In this document: piece after piece, positions 52,601 through 64,000 of the stretch
Numbering within the stretch: the stretch's first letter is position 1
Layout of the letters: the number at the start of each line of letters is the position of its first letter
DNA from: Geosiphon pyriformis uo1
Lineage: Eukaryota; Fungi; Glomeromycota
Length of the DNA: 64,000 bases
Assembly: GCA_016748015.1 (NCBI GenBank)
Contig: JAAOMT010000061.1
Span: 62,001 to 126,000 of the forward strand
Direction: 5' to 3'
The notes under the pieces: model-generated
Told to the model about the DNA's origin: nothing
What the model saw: the letters and a program-made list of their open reading frames with translations, nothing else
The model's database searches: none
Program-made: the position numbers and the translations under genes

Positions 52601-55089
52601 TCTCCACAATGAAGACACAAAACACTTGGATAATCCTTATTATACAAGCACTTTTGCACAGTGACCAGCAGGTGGTAGTACAGAGCTTTCAAAAAGTATG
52701 AGTGTAAACCAGTAGTAGACTTGCTAAAAAATTCAGCTACCATGTGCAAGTTAGGGTGCCAGACCAAAGCAATACAAACCCAATTTACATCACCAATTAT
52801 ATCTTTGTTAATAACAGCAGAACCAGGTCTAATCTTCCAACAAGCACAATTTACAGTTCTAAAAACATCCTGAGCAAAATGCTGAATATTATCAAACACT
52901 GCCACCCCATCAGCCTTAATAAACATTTCCTTAATCAAAACAGGAAGCACCAAATTTGAACTTGCAGTTGAATTAGCCAACTTATCAACACACTCATTAC
53001 CCAAAACACCTGAATGTCTTTTAATTTTACACCAAGAAATACTAAGTCTTTTTTCCCTAATCAGATTTATAACACCATGCCACTTTATCCAGCAATAGTT
53101 GTGGAAGTCTGAAGAAACCAAAACTGACTCAGCAGTACAAGCACCTAAGGCAGCCTAACTGTCTGAATAAACCACAACAGAACTGCAAGAAAAAACACAC
53201 TCCAAAACTAAAGTAATCATCTGCAATTCAGCCAAAGTAAAAAAACCAATCCACTAATCTTAATGCCAATATCTAGATCTACATCTGAGAAGTAAACAGT
53301 TGCACTATACTCCATCTCCTGTGTACCAAAATTTTTTAAAGATCCATTTGTGTAAATCTTTGCAATATAAGTAGTTGTTATTTTTTTGTATCTTTGTTTT
53401 TAGTAGTTTTGTTTTCAGTAAATTTAGAAATATTTTTATTGTTATTAAAATAATTATTCTGGTTTTTTGTTAAGAAATTAAGAAGATTTGTGCTGATAAA
53501 AATTTGTTTAAGCTGTTGTATTGGGCTTTTTGATAATATAAAGTCTTCTGGTCTTAAAAAATGATTAAATAGTGAATTTTGTGTTTGAGCTTATATAAAA
53601 AAAGCTAGAAAAAATATGATTAAAAGTGGTAGTTTGGAACTGGTTTTTTGTTCAAGTATTTGTAAGTGTTGAAAGATTGTCTTTAGTGTATTAAGTGTTG
53701 TATAAATTGGTTATATATTTTTCTGTTTGCTTTTTCTGCTTATTTTGAGTTTAAACTTAAGTTTAAAAATAATTATGAGTTAACAGAGTATTTTTTTTCA
53801 CAAAATTTGATAGTATTGTAATTAAACTCTTCAAAATAAATAGTATAATTATTAGCACTAATTTTTTCTGAATTTTTATTTGAGTAATAAATGAAATTTT
53901 TAAGAAGTTTTTGCTTAATTTTCAAAAAGATAATCATTGATTTAATTTTCAATATATTGAAAAAATGGTTTCTTGAAAGCTGTAATTCTGTCTTAGATTT
54001 CAAATTATTGTTTACAATAAGTATAAATTAACTAGTAGTACTCTAAAGTTATTATGTCTAATGTAATTGCTATTTTGATTGAATTATTGCTGTGTTATTT
54101 TTGTGAAAAAGCACTAAATATTATTGAAGATTTTTGGTTTTTTTTTATAAATGTTGTTAATGTTATTTTGTTGTAAATTTGCTATTATTGAAAGCTATTA
54201 AACCTTTGATAACTAAATTTATCTTCAAATTATTTCTTATAATTTGAATTTTTGGGTTTATAAATAAAATAACCATGTCAGTTATTTTGCTGTAAAAGTT
54301 AATTTTTTTTCAAAAATTGTTCATTTAGAAGCTTACTAAAAATGTGTAATTACTTTGCTGTAAAAGTCAACTCTTTTACAGAAATCTTGTCTGTAAACTA
54401 CTCTAATGTATATAATAAAAAAAGTAAAAAATAAATATAAAAAAAAAAGAATTTTGTTAAGAAAATTATTTTTTGTTCAGATCTGAAGTTATTAACAAAT
54501 TACTAAAATTGGTAATTAATCAATTTTAAACGTTAATTAAGAATTAAAAAATTTTAAGTGTAATTATTTCAAAGATTTGGGTTTTTAAATTATTTGATAT
54601 TTATTTTTTTTGTAAAGATATATTAAAGATAATTGATTTTAACCAAGCTTGTTAATTCTGAAATAAGATAAAATAAGATAAGATATATTTTCTTAAAAAA
54701 AGAAGCTCTTTTTTTATATAACTTATTATAATACTAATTTATAAATCTGAACTTTTCTCTTTGCTATGATTTTGATAAATTAAAGATACATTTTAATAAT
54801 TTATAAGTTATTTTTACAAATTATAAACTATTTTGGTAAACTATTTATTATTTTAATAAATTTCTTCAAATTTTGGTAAATTTTTAAATATTATATAGTT
54901 TGGAATATTGTGTAATTTAATTATTTTAATTTTTATTGTATAAATTGAGTTATTAATTAAATAATAATATTTGATAGTTTTAATTAAATAATAAGTAATA
55001 ATTAAAATCATAATAATATATGCTAATTAATAATAAAAATTATAAGAGTAATTTTATGTTAATTAATAACTAAAATTCTATTAATAACA
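49600..55089 (-). mobile_element. degraded LTR family 2 element (5' LTR 54119-55089, PBS-like ~54100-54117, gag/protease remnants), interrupted by a LINE fragment
   Basis: LTR homologous to 19778-20759; minus-strand IIAMYTKAEVKERLI*LILDNK (~50600-50680) protease remnant. Confidence 0.7.
51943..53358 (-). mobile_element. 5'-truncated LINE insertion (RNase H, CCHC, tail, poly-A)
   Basis: 10-bp TSD TTTGCAATAT (51933-51942 and 53359-53368); IYTNGS, KIKRHSGVLGNECVD, CLHCGEVKSSNHSF. Confidence 0.9.
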
Positions 55090-56480
55090 TTACCAAATCA
55101 AGAAAAAAGCTACTATTAGCACCTAATATAATAATATTATTTTCACTATTATTAGACTTACTGTTCATATTCGAATATACACTATTATTAACATTAAAAA
55201 AAAATCTTTTTTATTATTAAAATGCTTGATATTATCAACAAAAGTTTTTTTTTTTAGACATATTACTACCTAAAACAGCTGCCAAATTTATTATAAAAAG
55301 ATTATTTACTTAAGGAATATTGCAAAAAAACAACAAAAAAAAATAAAATACTTTTTTTTTCAAAAATATGCTCTTTGGAAAATTTGAAATATAAAAGAAA
55401 AAGAAGTTTTAAACTTTAATTTAATTAAAATAATAATATTAAAAATACCAAAAACATTTTTAATATTATTAGAAAATATGCTAAAAAAAACATTACAAAA
55501 TACAATAAAAAAACAAAAACAAAAACAAAAACTATTATTAAAAATTTTGTAATTTTAAAAAAAATCATTAATAAAAATTTTGTTAGCAATAATTAAAAAA
55601 ATCTTAAAAGCAAAATTTATACAGAACAACTTAATATTATTTTTTAAAACAAATTTAAACTCAATAAAACCAGACAATAAATAAAACAAAAAATCAATCA
55701 AAACTAATTTAATCTTAAATATAATACCAAATATTAAAGTAAAAACCACAAATTTAAAAAATTTTTAACAATTGAAAATTGTTTTTTAAGTATTATTAAA
55801 GACAGCACCAAAAAACAAAAAAAATATTGATTTAATTTTTATTTAATAAGTTTATTTCTTAAGATTAAATAATTTAATAAGTTGTTTTGTTTTAAAAACT
55901 GGTAAAAATTTGTTAAAAAACATTATATTTAGCAATATAACTAGTAGTTAATTTTAATTTATCTTAAAAATTATGTTGTTATTATTATTGTTTATATTAA
56001 AAAAAACTTAATTATTAAAAAAAAAATTTAATATAACAATAATAAATACAAGCAATTGCTGTTGTTTTTTGGAGTTTTTAATCTTTTTAGTAATTTACAA
56101 AGTAATAGTAATACTATTAATAGTAAAAACAGAAAAAACTAGTTTATTAATTGGTTTGTTATTAAAAATGTTGGATTTTTAAAGAAAATAGAAACAATAT
56201 TAAGATTAATACAAATGTGTTTTTTGAAAAAAATTTTAACTGAAAAAAAACCACTAATTAAAAGTAAAAAAATACTTTAAAAGTCATTAAAAATAGCTTT
56301 TTATTATTAATATTTAAAAAAAACATTATTAGAATGTTTTGCTTAATTGTTTTAATAATAATAATATTTTTTTTTGTTGAAATTTTATTAATTATTATAA
56401 AAAAAGTAATATTTAAAACTTTTTTACTTTTTGTTTTAATTATAATTATAAAATTAAAAGAAAGAAAAAGTTAATTTTTG
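55090..56480 (-). mobile_element. very degraded ORF1-only element (5' half)
   Basis: ORF 55555-55749 (IFKIKL...KNNIKLFCINFA) and a 5' end resembling 34480-34540. Confidence 0.6.
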
Positions 56481-56620
56481 TATAAATTTTTTTTTTATTA
56501 AAGTTTAACGAGTGAAATCCAAATGCCACCTAGTGCTATACATCATACAAATGATCTAAACTAGGCATGAATCATGCCTTTGCTATATGTGACCAGACAC
56601 TCAGACTAGTCAGAACAATA

Positions 56621-59600
56621 CTACGCACTTATATAAACAGAAGCCATATCACTAACACCTGCATAAAACCAACAACACTTATAATACCCAAAACTGATGC
56701 CAAGTATATTAGCAACACCCAACAACCTAATCACCCCAGCTGAAAGCTGCATAGAAAAACCAAAAACAGCGACAGAAATGAAACCATCACATGGAATTAG
56801 CTTATTCTTCTCCATAATGGCCCAATGTTTCACATAGACCAACTAAATATTATCACAAAATACAAGACAAAACTCATGTACAAAAATTCACAACATTAAT
56901 CACTGCCATCTTAGGATCCTTGTAAACAGAAACAGACTTGTGATACCAATCGCCAAAAACAAAGCCCTTACATAGGCTGTACTAACAGTTACATCTAAAA
57001 TGCAAGTCGACAACAACTGCAATATGCATGAAGAAGAACAAAACAAACCAAAATGCACCTTTCAGGCAGCTGCATAAATGTCCAATAAACTGACATGACT
57101 ATTAGCATCAAAAGAGCAAGAAAAGATATGGTCTGAGACTTCAATCTCATCACAGAACAAACAAACTACACTGGAATAACCCCTATTATACAGATGCTTT
57201 CGCATAACAACAAAAAAGTGATAATGAAGGGCTTTCATGAAATATGTATAAAAGCCAGCCATCCAAATACTAATAAAACCAGTCACCATGTGGAAATCTG
57301 GGTGCCACACCAGAGAAGATCTCAACCAGTCAATATCAGCACGCAAACAACCTGGAACAACCCAGGAACCAGAACCAACCTTCCAATGCACACAATAAAT
57401 TAACCTGAATACATCACAAACAAAATGCCTCGAATTACTAGAAACTGTATCAACACCAGTCTTCAAAAACTTCTCACTGACCAAGTGGAGCAAGTGTCAG
57501 GCAGAAAGGGCAGCATTTTTAGCCAGCACATTAGCATGCTCATTGCTTGAAACACCCGAATGGCCCTTAATCTTAATTCAATTAACATCCAAATTTTTGC
57601 GACGAATGATATTGGCAATGTGATGACACTCAATCCAACAACAGTTCTTGAAATCAGGGCCAACCAATAAAGACTCCGACCTGCAAGCATCTATAGCTGC
57701 CTGGCTGTCCGAGAACAAGTCAACTGAACAAAAAGAAGGAACACACTCAAGAGCTAAAGCAATGGCCTGCAACTTTGTCAAAGTAGAAGAAACCAAACCA
57801 GAAACCCCCACATCCAGACCCGAATTAATGTTCTCAAAGAAAACCACAGCACCAGCCAACATGTCAACAGTGCCCAAGTTACTCAGAGATCTATCTGTGT
57901 ACACAGAGAGGTGGGCAGCACCAATATTCAACAGATTATTACAAATAACACCAAAACCAAGAGACTGATGAATATCAGAAGAGCCACAAACACTCTTATG
58001 AGGAGAACAATCAGAAAGAGAAGCTACACCACCAAGAAAACATACAGAGAGATCAAACCAGAAGAAGACCAGGCCACAGGGGTCCAGTCTTTTCCAATGC
58101 TTAAAAGTCTTCCAATCAAAAACAACGCCATTCTGGTCACAAAGCTGTTCTATGAAAGCAATACCATAATGCCTGAGAGAAAAAACACATTTGAAGAAAA
58201 TTGTCTTGCTGAGAACTAGAGACATAAGAGTACCACTCTAAAGATGAAAAGCACTGGCCAAAGAACCACCCAAAGACAAATCACACCCAGAAAAAATACA
58301 AACCACACCTGCCAAAAAGTTGTTTGAAGAGCTAACTCTAACATGAACAGAAAACAACAAAGAGTGATAAGAACGCCAGCTGAGAACCTAGAGATTGTGA
58401 GACCTATGAGAAAACAAGCGATCCAAAACACCAACCAAATTCACAAAAACAATAACAGAAGCCAACTTGCTTTCAGCCTGAATCTGCTCAAAAGTTTTTA
58501 AATTGTACAAGGAAAGATAATGAAGTGCATCATTGGAAAAGTCCAGAGGCAGCCCAGATTTGGACTTTAGGCCCTTGCAAATCAAAGTGTCCCATTTATT
58601 ACACACACTGAGAGGAATAAAACTGAACTGAGTTCTGTAGCTAACGATAGGAAAGAGAACTGAAGACACCAAATAAGCAAACTGTTTATTTGAAATAACT
58701 TTTCTCAGAATGAGATTGATAAAAAACTGAACATCTGAATGTGCCTTAACCAAGCTAGGCTTCAAAAGACCTTCAGAAAATAAAAAAATCCCCAGATAAT
58801 GATGAGGTTCATCTTTCTTAGTGATGAAAATTGGCATACCACTAATAGATAGATAAAGAGCAGTGACATAACAGTTGATAGGAATGATCACAGTTTTGTT
58901 ATTGTTTATTAAAATGTCATTTAAATGAAAGAAATCACTAGCAACATTGAGGATGTGTTGTGTAGCAGCCTGGCTGCTACCGACCCAGATAGTATCATCA
59001 ACAAAAACATTAGCAGTCAGAAACAACATCAGCTTAGCTTGAAATTCCACTTGGCCAGTCTTAGAAACAAAATGAGAAATCAACCTGTAACCACAAATGC
59101 TCTCCTGTCTCTTAACCTCACACAAAAGTGAGTCATAAAATATGCACCAGAGAAGTGGCAAAAAAACCTCCCCCTAATCCAATCTATTGTGAACATGATA
59201 TCCATCAGTCAAACCAAAATCTGTCATTACTTTGTTAGTGTGACCATTATAAATGCTACCAAAAAATCTGATAAATTTGTCACACATTTTGATCCTAACC
59301 AAACTTCTCTTGAGATGCTCCCAACCAACAGAATCATAAGCTTTGCGTATATCCTGTAAAACCAGCCACAACTCTTGGTTCTTTTCCAAAGCATTTTCGA
59401 TTACCAAACCAATAGCGAAGATAGGCAATTGAGTAAATGTATCTTTCAGGACAGAGAAATTGTTCCCATGGAGGACATCAAAAGTGTTACAAGCCAGAGA
59501 GATCCGATCTGAAAGAATCTTGGAAAGGACTTTGCGAGCTGTCTCAATCAAAGCAATAGGATGGGTATTTGTAAGAACCCCCTCCCACTCATAAGATTTA

Positions 59601-61309
59601 GAAATCATCAAGACCCAAGCTTCTCTCCAAGGTCCAGACATTGACTCACAACCCAAACAAAAATTTAAGAGCACCAAAAGCATATCCAAGACTGACTTGT
59701 CACAGTGTTTTCAAAGTTCATTAGTGATACCAGAAAAACCAGCCGCTTTTCCATTAGGCAAATTTGAAATAACATCAAACATCTCATTAAAACTGATTGA
59801 ATGCATTACATCAGAGAAGGCACCATCGAAGACATAATCCAAAGGCTGAAATTGTCTTGCCCAATCACCAGAGATATTAGAAGCCATTACACGTTTCCTA
59901 GTCCAACCTTCCATGATTCCATCCACCTTAGATTTAACCAACTTAGACTCCAAGACCAACTCCCCACCATCCACCAAATGATCCAACACCACTTTACGAA
60001 AAGAATGCTCCAAAACACTTCTAATAATGTGACTCTTATCCATCTTAAAACTCTCCATTCTCCTCTCAATAGCCTGCCTTACACTAGATTCTTCAGCACG
60101 CTTAGATTCTAACAACTTAGAAGAGCAGTAAGACTTTCTTACCTTAGCCAGCCCAGAACAGATCGCATCAAAACCAACACCAGAAAGAAACAGAGATTTC
60201 ACTAGCAAAGTGCTCACAGAATTAAGCCTGTTCTAAGTATCCAACAACAAGGCAAACTCCCTGCCAGAAACCAACTGAGAAGCCTTCACCAGTTTAGACA
60301 CAAGTAGCTCTAGTTTATGAAACTGGGAAGATACCTTATTAAAAACACAATCAAAACCCTTAAACCATTTTTTCTTGAACGTTTCACCAGCTGAAAAAAC
60401 CATAATTTTACGAACAATGTCTCATATTGCATTCAGATCAGAAAACCACTTAGCTGCAACAAACTCATCCGAGAACATAACAGCATTAGCAGCCGTAGCA
60501 TTCCTGAATTCTGACCACTTAATCTCACTGGCATTTTTGATATCATACTTTCAACAATCTCTATTTGTTTGTTTGCACAGTGAGTTTAACTGGACATCGA
60601 GCAGACCACCCAGTTCCACAGAAACATAAACAGCCTTGTGATCAGTATCAAAATAGTCCTCAATGTCATTCACACCACAATCCACTGCCGCACCAACCAA
60701 ATTGAAAGAAATGAACATGTAGTCAAGTGTCTTAGTGATATCATGAGAATTGCATCAAGTAAATGACTTCACAAAAAAGCTCCCCTCCAGAGAGTTAATC
60801 AAACCCAAATCAAAACATTTTTTGAAACTGGCACATTTGTGTAAACCATTCTCATTAAAATCACCACCAAGAATAACAAAAGAAGACTCATTAACAGCTT
60901 TAGCAATGAGAGAGTTGATCTCACCAGCTTGAGAAAACCAAACCACTGATGAGGCACCAGCATAGAGCCCCAAAATAGATATTGAAAGTTTATTTTTGAA
61001 AATCAACTTGATGGATAGGAGCTGACCAGGCATCTCAGAGACCTTGCAGACATGTTTTGCTAAAGAAGAATTCATGATAATTAACACCTCAGCACCCAAA
61101 GAACCAGAATCCAGATCAGAAGTAAAAACCCGAACACCATCAAATTTGTCAGCCAACCATGGGCAAACTTTCCTTTTAAGCTTTGACTCCATAACAATAG
61201 AAACCAAATTGTTCATATCCTTGTGCCAATGAATAACATCATCTTGCTTCGCAGGATTGTTTAACCCACAAACATTACATGTAGCAATTTTCCATATTAG
61301 ATCACTCAT
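56621..61309 (-). pseudogene. LINE ORF2 (APE endonuclease, RT, RNase H, CCHC)
   Basis: IATCNVCGLN, ILGGDFN, HPIALIETARK, QDIRKAYDSV, FVDDTIW, VYTDRSL, LFSDSQAA, CLFCDEIEVSDHIFSC; multiple stops. Confidence 0.93.
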
Positions 61310-63220
61310 TGAGAAAGAGGTAAAGAAGGAGCACCACCTGCCAAAGCCAAACCATCTAAGTGCACTGATAGGCTCATAACTGAAGCAAAAAGACCTTCCA
61401 ACATGTTTTCTAATTTCACAATCTCAGGTGAGACAGTTGAACCCAGAACGGCAGCAGTTTTGTCACCAGTGGCATCACCCAAACCCACTCTCATTACTAT
61501 ATTCTCCCCTTGATTCTGCGATGGAGGGGGTCACTGGCAGCTGGCATCTAGGGCTAGACTGGGGAACTGCCAGCACAAGTGAATCCAACCTCTTAGCCAA
61601 CTCACCAATTTGTCCTGCGAGGCTGATGAGACTGCTTTCAATATTTACCAAATGCTTTTTCAAATCATTCGCAACAGGAGGAAGAGGTTTACCAACTTTG
61701 TTGGAACCAAGAATCAAACCAGTACCATGAGAACTACACACCAGAGAAGCACCAACCACTGATGCCCAAGTTCTGCCACCGAAAAAGACTGGACAAGTAA
61801 CAGATGCCTGCTTTTTCTTATAAATGCTGGCCAAATAAACATAATCCAGATCAGTCACCACTCTTCTCCCACAGCTACCAAAATTCCCACCTACTGAACA
61901 CACTTCACTAGTATGACTATACTGTTTGCATGCGGTGCAGCAAGCCAGAAAAAGACCAGCCCAGTGCAAACTTACTCCCTTGAAAACTGAAACCGAACCA
62001 AAAGCAGCCAATTTGGAAGCCTCATTTTCAAAACAAATAATAGTGCATCTATCATGCACATATGAGCTAGGATTATGGCCAATGAAACACGTTTTTCCAT
62101 CATAAGACTCCAACAAGTCCACTAAATCATGAGCAGTCGTACCAATTGGAAGAGTGTAGAGCAAAGTCTGATAATAGTCCCTTAATACTCATGTCTGTCT
62201 GTTACCAACAACCAAAGCTACTCACACAGAATCTTTTCCCACAAGAACAGATCATTTAGAAGCAACCAAACGAGCAACCTCAGCCGACTCAAATTCAATG
62301 ACAGCTTTTTGCCACAAACCAATCAACTGTATCTTGATAGAATTAATCACACCAAACTTAGAAAACACTGCCTCAATTGCCAATTTTGGGAAATTGACAG
62401 GAATTTTTTTGACAATTACTTCCCAATCCAAACTAATGTTTACTTTCTTAAAATCACTGTTGACACTAATATTTTCATTGACCACTATTAATTTGGCCTT
62501 ATTCAAACTAGATTCACTTGTGAATATTGATCTTATAATTTCAGGAAGTTTTGAGAGAGTCGAAGCCCCTTCAAAGCCATTAATACAATAAAAAATTTTT
62601 TTAATTGAAATCAGCTTATTACTATTAGTCTTTCCAAGCACATTTGACAACTCTACATCTAAGGCGAATGATTTAACTGGTCCAAAGGCACGACGTACCA
62701 AAACACGTGAAATCACAAATAGCAGCCAATTGGATCCAGTGAATTTAGCTCCAGGAAGCACCATCTCAAAATTGTCATTACTCATGCTTGTGAAGCAAAT
62801 CGCCTTAAGCGGCTGTTCCAAAATAAAAGTTCTTGTATGCGTTTTCCTAGGAGTTGCATTGTCTTCTATTTTATCAGTCTCAGAAGCATTGGGATCCACA
62901 TAACTCATCTTTTCAGCAACCATGTTTTCCAAATTCTCAATATCTGACACTTTACTAACACCTGCCTCTTTACTATCCACCTCGCTACCTCAAGATTTCT
63001 GCAGTCCAATACCATCACTATGCAGCATACCCACTGAAAACAAGCTGGCCTATGAGTCCACAATACCACTAGAGACACCAGGTAACTTTGTTTTCTTGTA
63101 TGAAGGACCATGTAAGTATACACTCTCAACATGCGCTTTAATCTTTTTGCTGTCAGATCGGGATCCCAATCCAGCTGAACTCAAACCCGAAGCACCAGCA
63201 AAAGAGCCCACTAGATCCAT
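61306..63220 (-). pseudogene. LINE ORF1 (RRM-like segments plus degenerate knuckle)
   Basis: ORFs 62252-62980, 61475-62164 and 61306-61494; CTACKQYSHTSEVC; stop overlaps the ORF2 ATG; start position approximate. Confidence 0.85.
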
Positions 63221-64000
63221 AGGCACAAATAGAGGTACATTTAAAGAAATAACAAAAAAGACAAAGGGAAAAAAGGGTAAGGAAAGCTATCTCTTCGACA
63301 ACTTCAAGCTTTGTATAAATTAAAACACAATTATAATATAAATCAATTTAATTTTAATGATAATATTAAAAATTAATAAAAACTATCTATTTAAAAAAAA
63401 TCTTAATAATTAATAATAATTTTTTAAATACTATTAAATTAATAATATTTTTAAAAATTAAAAACAAAAATGTTTTAGTTTTTATTTTATTGGTTCAATT
63501 TTTATGATTATATAATTTAATATTATTATTAGTTAAAATTATATATTAAAATATATTTTGTTTTGTTTTTAAAACCAGTAAAAATTAATTGAAATTTATT
63601 ATATTAGACAATATAAAAAGAGTATTTTAAATATCTTGTAAAATTAGAAACAATACTTTTAAAAAAAATATTGTCTTATTTTTTTCGTTTTTTTGGTTAT
63701 TAATAATAGTAAAAAAAAGTTTTTTTTTAATTATTAGTTTATAATTAAAAATTTTAAAAGCTTTTTATAATTATAAAAATTATATTAGAATTGTTTTTAA
63801 TGTATTATATAAAAAAATTTTAAATAAAAAAACTTTTATTTAAAATCAATAAAAGTAATTTATTAATAATTAAAAACTGTTTTATGTTTTTATTATTTAA
63901 AAAAGTGATTTAATAAAATACTATTTTGTTATTTTTATTATAAAAAAGTTTTAAATTAATAATATTAAAAAACTATAAAAAAATTAAAACTTATTTTTTT

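Larger units (their letters stand above)
56487..63309 (-). mobile_element. full-length LINE (non-LTR retrotransposon) with RNase H, inactivated
   Basis: TSD TTTGTATAAA(TT) at 56477 and 63310; poly-A; ORF1 then ORF2 with APE-RT-RNH-CCHC. Confidence 0.95.

Overview
AT-rich, intron-containing eukaryotic DNA, most likely an early-diverging fungus such as Glomeromycotina/Mucoromycota (inferred from short GT-AG introns and TE families, not proven). It is mostly nested, decayed retroelements around one intact host gene, TGS1 (trimethylguanosine synthase, 8 exons, minus strand, 41163-42665). Contents: (i) five copies plus a solo LTR of a Ty3/Gypsy family with an unusual pol (protease - Cys-rich domain - dUTPase - RT - RNase H - integrase) and a third ORF; the one complete copy (5464-15555, TSD GTGT) has an inverted segment in its 3' LTR; (ii) a second LTR family; (iii) a full-length LINE (56487-63309; ORF1 plus APE-RT-RNase H ORF2, with TSD) and fragments; (iv) five copies of an ORF1-only (HAL1-like) non-LTR element sharing a ~130-nt 3' tail with the LINE; (v) invisible in the ORF track, a fossil IS607-type element (serine-recombinase TnpA overlapping a TnpB/Fanzor2 RNA-guided nuclease gene) lying head-to-head with TGS1 in a CpG-retaining island (~42790-44060). 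The retroelements show pervasive C>T/G>A decay. All alignments and translations were done by eye; boundaries without a TSD or terminal motif are approximate.
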